A stretch of 62,984 nucleotides of DNA from Seison nebaliae (lineage: Eukaryota), in the NCBI GenBank assembly GCA_023231475.1, contig JALJEE010002469.1, positions 62,001 to 124,984 of the forward strand, given 5' to 3'. How positions within the stretch are numbered: the stretch's first letter is position 1; every line of letters begins with the position of its first letter. Made by a program: the position numbers and the translations under genes. The notes beneath the pieces are model-generated. The model saw only the letters and a list, made by a program, of their open reading frames with translations, did not search any database and was not told where the DNA came from. Positions 53,513 through 62,984 of this stretch are shown piece by piece.

Positions 53513-56500
53513 TAGGAATAACATTTATTTAATTCATTTTATTTTTAAATGGTTCCATTACAAATAAATGATCACTTAGTGAAATAGCGGACGATGTTCT
53601 TAATAGACATGTTTACTTTTCGTCGAGTCGCTACGAATTGAACCTGAAAGTAATTCATCTTCAATAACCACAACTAGTCTCATTCTCAATATACGTCGAC
53701 TGGGAAGTACATTTTCTACATCATCTTCTTTATTAAATACTCTTCTTTACTGCCTACTCTTTTTTCTTCGTCGTCACCATATTCCTTCTACGTTCTCTAT
53801 TCATCGAATATTATCATCCTCAAAACTACATTCGATCTGTCATCACCATTTATTCATCAAACTTCACTGTAGGATCAGTGTCTTGTAAAAAGGAGAAAAT
53901 TGTTGATAGATGAATCTAGATAGAAGAAAATGAATCTTCTTCTTCCTCTGATTTTTTTCTTCTTCAAATTTTGTTTGTGTCTTCGTATTTCGATGTTGAA
54001 GTTATTAGAAGAGCCCAAACGTCGATTTGGTGAGGTTCGAATAGTGCGTAGTTTGATAATTGGATTATTTCCTATCGAATTCAATAAATGTTTGATTAAC
54101 TAATTTGTTCTTTTTTGTGTCGTTGGAGGGGGAGGGGGTAGCGGTAAAGGCAAAATGGTGTTTTCGTTGATTTGCTATTTCTGTGAAAATGATCAAAGGC
54201 TTTCTCATATCAATTGGCAATGTTCGACATCTGTTTTCAATCAGTTTTTCCGCTTCATTAATAATCATTCATTGATAAACATCTATTCGTCTGATGAGTG
54301 CAAACAGTTCGGTTTAGTGCAAAAGGATTTTTCGATTAACCACAAAATATTCGAGTGATTTAAGAATGATTTTTTGATAAAAAAAAGTGAATGAAAGGGC
54401 GAATTAAGTCGATGTCAATAGATGTGAGAGTGATTAAGAAGGAAATCAATGAAGAAGGTTTGCCGATAGACAAGTTGGACGAAACTTCTAAAACTAACTA
54501 AGAGAAAATAGAGTTGTGATAGTGTTGATGGTAAACATCGGTGGTCGTTTCAATTAAACTTTTTCATTTGAATTCCCTTCGACATGTATGTTGTGGTGTG
54601 GGAAAAGAAAGAAAACAGCTAAATAATACCGAAATGACCGTTGGGCATTCGAATTTATCGTCATGATCATTTGCTAATGGACTTGTCGACGTATGTGAAA
54701 GAATTGTTCGTTATTCTTATCATAAAAATTTCACTTTCATTCCCCGCCAATGATGACTGTGAATAAATGATAAATGTGAAACCGAAAAATTATTTATGAA
54801 TTTAATGGTTTTACAGAATTCGTGTGTCGGAAGCAATTCGACGATTTTCTCATTTTTATTTATTCCATTCCTCACATCTCATCAACTTCTCCCCTTCATC
54901 ACATAAACACAATATGGCGGCCAATAAAGTAAATAGTTCTATTCTCTTCCATAACATCTCCACTAGCCAGTTCCGTAGCTTTGTTTAGGGTTAATATTTA
55001 TCGAATGATGTTCACATTAGTGCTTGGGAGGATTCCAACAGATAAAGAAAGTCCATTGGCGAATGGAGCGAAAGAATTTGGGAAATATTTCCGTTTCTTC
55101 CTCAGAAAAATACCATTCGAAAATGTTGATTGATTAGTTATCGATATCGATTCTTCTATCGCCATCACTCGTCGTGTTGTCCATTCTGAGTAAGTAGGAA
55201 TCTTTTCAAATTCTCTAATTGAAAGAAGACTTTGTGAACTCAATCGATCATAATGAAGGAAAACGATAAAAAGATGAGATGGAAGCAGAGGAAGAAGAAT
55301 GACCCTTAGCTCAATTTAGGTCAGTAATTACTTCTTTCTCATCGGGTCTTATTTCCAGTTCAATGCATCTCACTCAATTCTCAGAAATTTTAATTATTAA
55401 TTCTTTATCCAGCTGATCATCAATCTCCACCATATTTATTTTTCGAAAATATGTACTCATTATTTCTCTAGTAGTCTGCACCATACCATCCATGGCACTT
55501 ATGGCATCCCTACCACACACACACACACACACAAACACAAACTGATGATCTGCACTGGACATCGTTTCAATATCGTCTTGTTTTTCTAACAAATTTCCTT
55601 TCGTTATTGGGTAAATTTTGGGAGATGTTTGTTTAAATTGTGAGACATGTCTTTCTTATCAAAACAGATAACGTCTATCTTTCATATTTTAATCATTTTG
55701 AATCAAACATTTCTGATCTTTCACTTTGTTTGTTTTCAAATTAAGAAGGCAAATCAAAAAAGATGTCTAATGGATCATTTATATCATCCACAAACTGATA
55801 ATGAAGAAAGATATTCATATTCATATTCATTTTCCTCCCTTTAACATATCACTAAATGCATTCATGACATCAATGACATTGATAGATTAATATGAATTAC
55901 ATGAAAATATTTTGTTCAGTTCTTGTTCATTGATCTCACCACGAAACGAGTTGAATTTGATGGAATTTGTTGAATTGATCTACTTAGGAAATCAAGTGAG
56001 AAGAGGTAAAATAAAAGTTATTTTATTTGGAATTCTCTTAAGAAAGCTGATGAAGAAGATTAGAATAATATTTATGTTTTGTGTGAAATGATAACGTGGA
56101 AGATGAATATTCTGTAGTGTTCGTTGTGGAATCAACACATTTTAAACGATCTTTCTAGCACTAGTTAATGATGAAGTGGTAGGAAGCAAGTGATTGTGAG
56201 AAGATGATAAGGTGAAATTAGTGTTATTCTTCAATCATTCGTTTGTCGATCAACGCTTGTTCTCCGTGAACTTTGGCACGATTATTCGCGTTAGATACTT
56301 CTTTACAATAATAATATGAGAGAATATTTATTGTCGTTTCGACTTCAACAATTTCTTATTTTCCGGAAATTGGAATATGACCAAATGACTTCCGTTCTTT
56401 CTCACATTGCAATCTACTTAATTCTTGTATGAATATGATTCTTCTCAATTTAGATGTCTTCCATTCATATACACCTAAGTTGTGAAAGGGAGAGAATTGG

Positions 56501-56762
56501 AGAACATATTCTCGTTTACTAATAAATTGATCAAACTAAATATAATTCCGTTTTCGTTTGTCCTCTTTTCTTCTCTCGTCCTCCTCTCCCAATCAAACTC
56601 GTCATTCATTTCAGGAAGATATTAATAAGTTGATTAAATAGAAAATTCGATAATTTCATGTTCCCCTCCCACAAGAAAATAAAATATTTCCATTTCTTTC
56701 TCCTTTTCAAAGATAATTTCTCATTTAGATCAGAAGGAGTGAACAAACCACGAAAGAATAAT

Positions 56763-58019
56763 ATGTTCCGTATAACATCAATTTGCTTCCTTGTGCTCTA
56801 CATAAATTTATTTGAATTGTCCCTATCGAAATCGACGGGAAAAATTTCGGTAAACACAACTTTCCTCCACGATACGTCAACGGTGAAGAAAGACATCGAA
56901 GAAGCGAATGATCTACTCCCCAACAAACTAGACGAAGAAGAGATCGACAACGTTCTCTTCAAATGGGACAAAACGCATAAACCGAAAGTTGATGCGATCA
57001 ATCGCTCTATCGATAATGAAGTGGCATCGAAACGAATTATTTTAAGAAATAAATCGAAAAAAACTGTTTATTCCGATGACTCATCATTGATCATCGATAA
57101 AGAGAATGAAAACGGTGATAATGATAACGGAAAGAAACGACCACTCACCTCCACCATTATCATCAGTGTCTCAGCCGTAGTTATTGGTGGGGTGATAGCC
57201 ACCATCATTTTCACTTTGCTACGACGACGATCTGATGGGAAATGGGGCAGGATAGTAACGAGTAAACTCGATTCAAGTTTCGATGAAGAGACGAAGAATC
57301 AGACATCGGAGAAATCAACTACCAACGGAGATATTGAGAATGATGACGAGAACAATAAGAATTTAGAAGATAATGTCGACGATAATGGAGAAGAAGATGA
57401 AAAGACGAATTTAGCAGGCAAAGTGGAAGAAACAAAAACAGAATTGAATAACACGACTGATATTTTAGATGATGATACTCAAATTTATCCGAAAACGAAG
57501 AAACGCAGATATACTTTATTCAACAAATTCAATTTTTTCCGTAATCATCGACTAACTGAATCGAAAGATAATGAAGCACTTCTTTCTTTGACGAGAACTG
57601 AAGAGAATGAAGGTGAAACAGTCGTTCCTCCAATTCTTTCCCCTAAAAGTGAAGAAGATTTGTTATCGAATAAAGATTTACTTGATCAACAGAATGAAAT
57701 GATGGAGAAGGGAAGTAACGCAGCAAAAGCATCAGTATCGCCAATTGATGGCGAAGACGATAACAATAGTTCGATAAGAGAAAATGAGAATATTATAGAG
57801 AGTTGTGAATTGAAAGAGAGTAATGAAAAGAATGAAGATGACAATTTAAGTGAAGATCTGTTAAAAGAAGAAGAAATCGAAGAGAAACAATCAACAAAAA
57901 GTGATATGATCGAACTGACGACAAACGATGATAATGGAAACGATAATGATGACATTGATGATGACAATGATAATGTAAAAGAAGAAGAAGAAGTGAATGA
58001 TGAGAAATTGAAAGAATAA
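56763..58019 (+). CDS. Orphan single-pass type I membrane protein, ~418 aa, with a long acidic cytoplasmic tail
   Basis: Within ORF 56658..58019. The ATG at 56763 gives signal-like MFRITSICFLVLYINLFELSLS, a ~110-aa ectodomain, TM IIISVSAVVIGGVIATIIFTLL followed by RRR, then a D/E/N-rich tail. Upstream in-frame sequence looks intronic (pyrimidine tract ending TTTAG at ~56729). Confidence 0.75.
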   Translation: MFRITSICFLVLYINLFELSLSKSTGKISVNTTFLHDTSTVKKDIEEANDLLPNKLDEEEIDNVLFKWDKTHKPKVDAINRSIDNEVASKRIILRNKSKKTVYSDDSSLIIDKENENGDNDNGKKRPLTSTIIISVSAVVIGGVIATIIFTLLRRRSDGKWGRIVTSKLDSSFDEETKNQTSEKSTTNGDIENDDENNKNLEDNVDDNGEEDEKTNLAGKVEETKTELNNTTDILDDDTQIYPKTKKRRYTLFNKFNFFRNHRLTESKDNEALLSLTRTEENEGETVVPPILSPKSEEDLLSNKDLLDQQNEMMEKGSNAAKASVSPIDGEDDNNSSIRENENIIESCELKESNEKNEDDNLSEDLLKEEEIEEKQSTKSDMIELTTNDDNGNDNDDIDDDNDNVKEEEEVNDEKLKE

Positions 58020-58849
58020 AAATTTCCCTCCGATTGTTCGTCAGTTGTATTGCCATTTTTATGATATTGCAATATTTTAATTCTTTCTTCTTTTTCTTGT
58101 TAAATAATTTTAATTCTCTCCATCATTCATCCATATTTCTTCTTCCATTCTAATGCTACATGGGAAACTATTTACTACTTCGGAATGATTCTATGTAATC
58201 CACAACTTTTTCCATTTAACTCATTGTAAAATTTGTTTCCATTCTCCACAATCAACAACTAATGTGCACAACTGAATTGATATTGTTGCACTTAATTCAA
58301 ATCATCCCATCACAATCACAATATACAAAATACAAAACGAAAGAGATGGAACAGAACATAGTTTCTTCTTTCCAACACATTTTCTCGAATGAAAATATTT
58401 CTTTTCAAAAATTTTCTCCCAATTTCCATTTTATCTCAACAACCAAACCATATCTCAAATCTTCATTTTCTTCTTGTCTTTATTCAAATTGATCGATAAA
58501 TCGATTGAAATTCCTTTTCGTTAGAGAATGTTTTTTCTTTAGAAATGAAAGAGAATGACGAATTCCATGTCAAAAAACAAAACAGTTGTTATTCCATCAA
58601 ATTTCCTCGATTGATAATTATAATATCAGAATCATATTAAATCAAATAAAAAATTATTTTTGAGAATTTATTCGAAACGGACAAATGAGGGGAATGCAGT
58701 GGCATTTTATTAGAAATGGTTAAAATTATTGAAGATTCTTATAATCATTAAAAAAAGGGAAATTCGAGTGAAACAAAATTCGAGAAATTAAATTTTTTTA
58801 GTTTTCTTTTACATCGATTCTTATTCTGTCATTCGATGAAGTGGAATTG

Positions 58850-59236
58850 TTAGAACAAACCAAAAGGATCTTTAAATTTCTCATCGAAATCTCTTTCGGC
58901 TTTTTCCAATAATCTCTTCGATTTCGATGATCCACCAATTCCACTGGCAGCCATTGCAAATACTTCAGGTCGAGGTCTCTGATCCATTTGAGAATTCTTC
59001 AATACCATCGGTCTTCGACTACGGACGGTAGTGGTACCTTGAAGTTTCTGATTCTGAAGTTTAATATTCCTAATTTCCCTCCATGTCAAAGCTACAAATA
59101 AGAGAGAAGAATTTGGGGAGAGAAAATGATGAAAGAAATAAAATTGAAAGAATAACAAATAACCATCGATAACTAGCAATGAATTGAAGAGGAAAAGGAA
59201 AATTAAGAGAAAGAAATGGATAATTGAATATCTCAT
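58850..59236 (-). CDS. Small secreted protein or peptide precursor, ~104 aa, 2 exons
   Basis: Exons 59236-59164 and 59091-58850, separated by a 72-nt in-frame GTT..TAG intron. Product MRYSIIHFFLLIFLFLFNSLLVIDA-LTWREIRNIKLQ...RSRR...KSKR-LLEKAERDFDEKFKDPFGLF. Confidence 0.65.
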   Translation of the reverse strand: MRYSIIHFFLLIFLFLFNSLLVIDGYLLFFQFYFFHHFLSPNSSLLFVALTWREIRNIKLQNQKLQGTTTVRSRRPMVLKNSQMDQRPRPEVFAMAASGIGGSSKSKRLLEKAERDFDEKFKDPFGLF

Positions 59237-59467
59237 CGACACAAGAAATTGATTCAGTTGAGAGGGAATGAGTGAGAGAATGAAATAAAAGAATTTAATG
59301 AAAAGAGGAGATGGAAGAGTCATCATATAGTCTGAGCGATACATATGTAATCTATAGAAATTCGTTGTGAAACATTTATTTGATTTAATGTCACCATAAA
59401 TTTCTTGAAAAAAACAGATTTATTTTATTTATGTTTAACCGATCAGAAAATTCCCATGCCCATTCTC

Positions 59468-61123
59468 TTACAATGATTCATAATTTTCTTTCCATTTTTT
59501 ATACTTCCCTTGAAATTGGGCGGCAGACGGTTTGGTACTCTTCAATGCTTGTATGACGTCATCATTGTTGATGGGATCGAGAACGATGTTATCAACTTTG
59601 AAATCATTCTCCAGTTGATTAAACGCCTTCCTCACCGTATTCATTGCCACTTCTTTACAAAGTAAATGCAAATCGGAACCAGAATAACCGTCCGTCAATT
59701 GAGCTAGTTCGCTGAAATTCAAATTCTCAGTCCGAATGTATGGATTGTAGAACTCTTCTGCATGATTATCTATCGCAAGGAATAGACGAAACATCTTCTC
59801 TCTTGCTTCTAATGACGGCAAACCGACATGTATCCGTTTTTCTAAACGACGTAACATTGCCTGATCTAATTCCCATGGAAGATTCGATGCGGCCAACACA
59901 AAAACTACATCATTCGATTTAGCTAAACCATCCATTTGAATGAGCAATTCAGTTTTCATTCGTCGTGAACCTTCATGATCACCACCAGCACCCATTCCAC
60001 GTTGACTCATTATTGCATCCAATTCATCCAGGAAAATGGTTGATGGAGCATAAAATCGAGCTAATTCGAATAACAATTTTACTAATTTCTCCGAATCGCC
60101 TCGCCACTTACTGACGATAGTCGAAGCAGAGACATTGAAGAAAGTTGTGTTACATTCAGTTGCAACGGCTTTCGCTAACATCGTCTTACCGGTACCGGGC
60201 GGTCCAAACAATAGTAAACCTTTCCATGGACTAAGAATACCGGAAAATAATTGAGGATATTTTAAGGGATAAACGACCGCTTCTTTCACCACTTGCATCG
60301 ACGATTCCAATCCAATAATATCCTCAAATTTCACATTTGGACTCTCCAAATAAATATCTCGAGTTATGACTTGAGCTAATTCTCTCATTTCCATCGTCAT
60401 GTTACCGAGAGCGCCTAACGGTTTTATTAATTTGTCATCGTTTAACTTTTCATTCGTTTGGAGTTGATTGAATATTTGATCATTCGCTGAAATTTTTGTT
60501 ACGTCGTTAATCATTGCACGCACATCAATAATTGGTCCCTTTTTTATTTGTTCCGCTTCCGTTTTTACGATAGCGCTCTTCCCAACATTTACTCCTTGTA
60601 ATTTTATTTGTTCTTTGGATTCGGTTGTTAAGTCTGTCGCATTATTTGTGGAGTTGACACTTCTCAATTTCTTTTCATTCGATGAGGTAATGCTCTGAGA
60701 GGAATTACGCGGTGCACTACTTGTCAACGGTGCTCGTTGCACTTTCGACATATTATTATTGAGCAACGGTAAATTACCGCGATATGATTCGGTGCGTCGT
60801 GAAAAATGTTTGGGTTTCTTTCCCGATTGTTGTTCATTTGTTGAATTTCTTGTAATTTTAGGATATCGCTTAAACTTGACGAAATAAAACGATTCGTATT
60901 CCTGCAAAATAATATCCAAATCAATATTATCACATACAAGATAACGTCGTAAATCGACACTCGTCTCGCTTTGCAAATTCTTCGACGTGTCGATATAGCC
61001 CTCGTCTTCCAACCAGCGGAAAACTAATGCCAATAGCTTTTTCTTTCGATCCTTAACTCGTTGATCATCCGCTTCCTTTGCCACATAAGCATTTCGTAGG
61101 GTTTGTGTACTCAATTCTGCCAT
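59468..61123 (-). CDS. KATNAL2: Katanin p60 ATPase-containing subunit A-like 2, 551 aa, intronless
   Basis: N-terminal LisH-type region (LLALVFRWLEDEGY...CDNIDLDIILQEYESFYFVKF). AAA module: Walker A GPPGTGKT, VSKWRGDSEKL, Walker B IFLDE, HEGSRRMKTELLIQMDG, SRH AASNLPWELDQAMLRRLEKRI. Confidence 0.96.
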   Translation of the reverse strand: MAELSTQTLRNAYVAKEADDQRVKDRKKKLLALVFRWLEDEGYIDTSKNLQSETSVDLRRYLVCDNIDLDIILQEYESFYFVKFKRYPKITRNSTNEQQSGKKPKHFSRRTESYRGNLPLLNNNMSKVQRAPLTSSAPRNSSQSITSSNEKKLRSVNSTNNATDLTTESKEQIKLQGVNVGKSAIVKTEAEQIKKGPIIDVRAMINDVTKISANDQIFNQLQTNEKLNDDKLIKPLGALGNMTMEMRELAQVITRDIYLESPNVKFEDIIGLESSMQVVKEAVVYPLKYPQLFSGILSPWKGLLLFGPPGTGKTMLAKAVATECNTTFFNVSASTIVSKWRGDSEKLVKLLFELARFYAPSTIFLDELDAIMSQRGMGAGGDHEGSRRMKTELLIQMDGLAKSNDVVFVLAASNLPWELDQAMLRRLEKRIHVGLPSLEAREKMFRLFLAIDNHAEEFYNPYIRTENLNFSELAQLTDGYSGSDLHLLCKEVAMNTVRKAFNQLENDFKVDNIVLDPINNDDVIQALKSTKPSAAQFQGKYKKWKENYESL

Positions 61124-61187
61124 TGGTCCTTTTCAAATTAAATCATTTATAGTTCAAGAACATCGAATACAATTGCTGTGACATCGT

Positions 61188-61201
61188 GTTGTCATGGTAA
61201 C
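61188..61201. promoter_or_regulatory. RFX X-box upstream of KATNAL2
   Basis: GTTGTCATGGTAAC, a 14-bp imperfect palindrome fitting the RFX consensus, lies 64 bp upstream of the KATNAL2 ATG. This position is typical for ciliary genes. Confidence 0.8.
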
Positions 61202-61884
61202 TAGGAAAGAGATCGAAAAGAAATTTAGGAGAAATATTGTTCTTTTAAATTTCATTTTAATTATTTTTCCATTTTCAAATCATTAGTTCAATCTCTCATA
61301 CACAAATGCATTTCATGTGCATCAATATCAGCATCGGATTAATCCAATCATATCCTATCCATCTCACCTTCTTCATTCTGATCTAATCAATTATTGATGA
61401 TCACAATAAGAATTCAGTTTGGACGATAAATTTGTATAAGTTCAAATTAATTAAGTTTCTTGAAATTATTGCGAAGAAATATAAAACTATAATTTTACTT
61501 TGATTTTTTATTTTTCAATTTCTCACCAATTTGAAATGAATAATTTTCATAAGAATCATATCTTAGTTTGTTCATTGAATAAAATTTATCATATTCCAAA
61601 TAATTAACACGTCATCGTAATAACAAGAATAATAATAATAATAATAATATCTATTGGTAATAGATTAGAAAAGAAAAATGAATTTAAAAAAAGATTGGGG
61701 GAGTGAATAGGGAATGAAGGGGAAGGAAATAGTTTAATGGAATTTACATAAAATAAAGATGGCAGTTATAAATAATATGAATAAGCAGTAAATTAGTTTA
61801 GTTGATTGGAACTGGACAATTGATAAGTTGTGATATGAGAGATACTTTACAAATTCTCGATGGAACGATAATCGTGTTGCTATA

Positions 61885-62984
61885 TTAACTATCATAATCG
61901 CCGCTGGTTGACGAGAGTAATCTGGTGGATTGCATTGAGGAGAATGGAACGATTTTTTTAGTCATTGTCATTTCGATTGATGTGGTCGTTGTTGTAGTGA
62001 TGGTCGTTGTCTTGGTCAATGGTAGAGGGAGTTTGTTTGATGAATAAATCTGATCATCTTTCCGGTACGAAGTGAGTGATGATGGTGCCGACCAATTAAC
62101 TGGAGCAACTAATTGATTCAATTGAGAAGAAGATGATGATGAGGAAGAAGAGGAAGAGGAAGACGAATGAATATTTGGAATCGTCTTCGTTATTTGGTCT
62201 TTGTATTGGGGAGCAGTAGGAAATGGGAGTGGTTTATTCACCTTCAAATGACATTCCCCAATAGCTACTGATTTGAGAATTTTTATTGCATCATCCAACG
62301 ATGGAACGTTGAGATGTTGATCATTAACTGAAACTAATCGATCTCCAATTTTCAACTTTCCTTCTCGCTGAGCTTCACCATTTTGTACAATATTTCGCAC
62401 AACAAAATTGTTGTTGTTGTAGGAATGAGGACATTGATAGTGGATGATGGAGAAGCCGAGACCCGATTTATCCGTTCGTTTATTTAAATGAATATCAATC
62501 TCTTTCTTTTGCCACATACACGACTCGTGAAGATTCCCAATTGAATGCGAATAAAATAAATTCGGTTTATTCCCATTAACTTTATCATATTTCTCGTTCT
62601 TCCTTTTCACGTCTCCAATTTTTTTAAATTGATTCTTTGGTTCTTCATTATTATTCTCAATTAACAATTCTTCTTTTATCATCTTCTCACATTCGTCATT
62701 CAATTCCTCTTCAACGGAAATATCATTATGAGGATTTACTGTTTTTTCATCTTCAATTTTTTCTTGAAATTTCATTTTTTCTAATTCATCATTCTCTTCA
62801 TCCTTTTCTTCTTTTAGGAATATTTCTACTTTCTCTTCTATTCCATCGTTATCATTATCATTATCATTATCATTATCATTATCATTATCATTATCATTAT
62901 CATTATCATTATCATTATCATTATCATTATCATTATCATTATCATTATCATTATCATTATCATTATCATTATCATTATCATTAT
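61885..62984 (-). CDS. 3' part of a PATJ/MPDZ-like multi-PDZ scaffold, truncated by the window edge
   Basis: PDZ MWQKKEIDIHLNK...GLGFSIIHYQCP...VVRNIVQNGEAQREGKLKIGDRLVSVN...SLDDAIKILKS...KVNKPLP resembles the PATJ/MPDZ domain GLGFSILDYQDP...GDRLMFVN...VAKPLP. The frame stays open upstream of 62775 to the window end. Confidence 0.8.
   Translation of the reverse strand, partial: NDNDNDNDNDNDNDNDNDNDNDNDNDNDNDNDNDNDNDNDNDNDNDGIEEKVEIFLKEEKDEENDELEKMKFQEKIEDEKTVNPHNDISVEEELNDECEKMIKEELLIENNNEEPKNQFKKIGDVKRKNEKYDKVNGNKPNLFYSHSIGNLHESCMWQKKEIDIHLNKRTDKSGLGFSIIHYQCPHSYNNNNFVVRNIVQNGEAQREGKLKIGDRLVSVNDQHLNVPSLDDAIKILKSVAIGECHLKVNKPLPFPTAPQYKDQITKTIPNIHSSSSSSSSSSSSSSQLNQLVAPVNWSAPSSLTSYRKDDQIYSSNKLPLPLTKTTTITTTTTTSIEMTMTKKIVPFSSMQSTRLLSSTSGDYDS
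62849..62984 (-). repeat. (AATGAT)n hexamer, at least 22 units, in frame with the PDZ gene and encoding (Asn-Asp)n
   Basis: Perfect (ATCATT)n on the + strand up to the last base. Codon walking from the ATG at 62775 shows no stop: ...NDNDNDGIEEKVEIFLKEEKDEENDELEKMKFQ. Confidence 0.9.

Noticed and set aside
62849..62984. Telomeric repeat at the sequence end
   Set aside because: The unit lacks the G-runs of telomere repeats and is in frame with a gene whose 5' part must lie beyond the window.

Overview
Eukaryotic, AT-rich animal (metazoan) genomic DNA, not prokaryotic. The ORF track is fragmented because genes contain many tiny introns, mostly 43-72 nt. I spliced the fragments by hand and can support 12 protein-coding genes. 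In order: an orphan ~1457-aa type I membrane receptor, GILT/IFI30, a PA-TM-RING ligase (RNF130/goliath family), calpain-5, RNF10, a 761-aa acidic orphan, an SLC45 transporter, protoporphyrinogen oxidase, a divergent ADA2-like protein, an orphan single-pass membrane protein, a small secreted-peptide precursor and KATNAL2 with an RFX X-box. The 3' end of a 13th, PATJ/MPDZ-like PDZ gene runs off the window through an in-frame (Asn-Asp)n repeat. Three stretches (~12.3-21.0, 24.2-35.1 and 49.2-56.7 kb) have no recognisable genes. Most unusual observations: (1) 27 of 28 reconstructed introns start GTT, and only 2 have G at +5, unlike the canonical GTRAGT; (2) a cluster of stem-loops with G-U pairs at 41.4-41.75 kb abuts a 30-bp minisatellite; (3) the RING-H2 has Glu in place of a Zn-ligand Cys; (4) tight co-directional gene clusters have AG acceptors just before ATGs, hinting at trans-splicing. 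The organism cannot be identified from sequence alone; a compact-genome invertebrate, possibly a spiralian, is inference.
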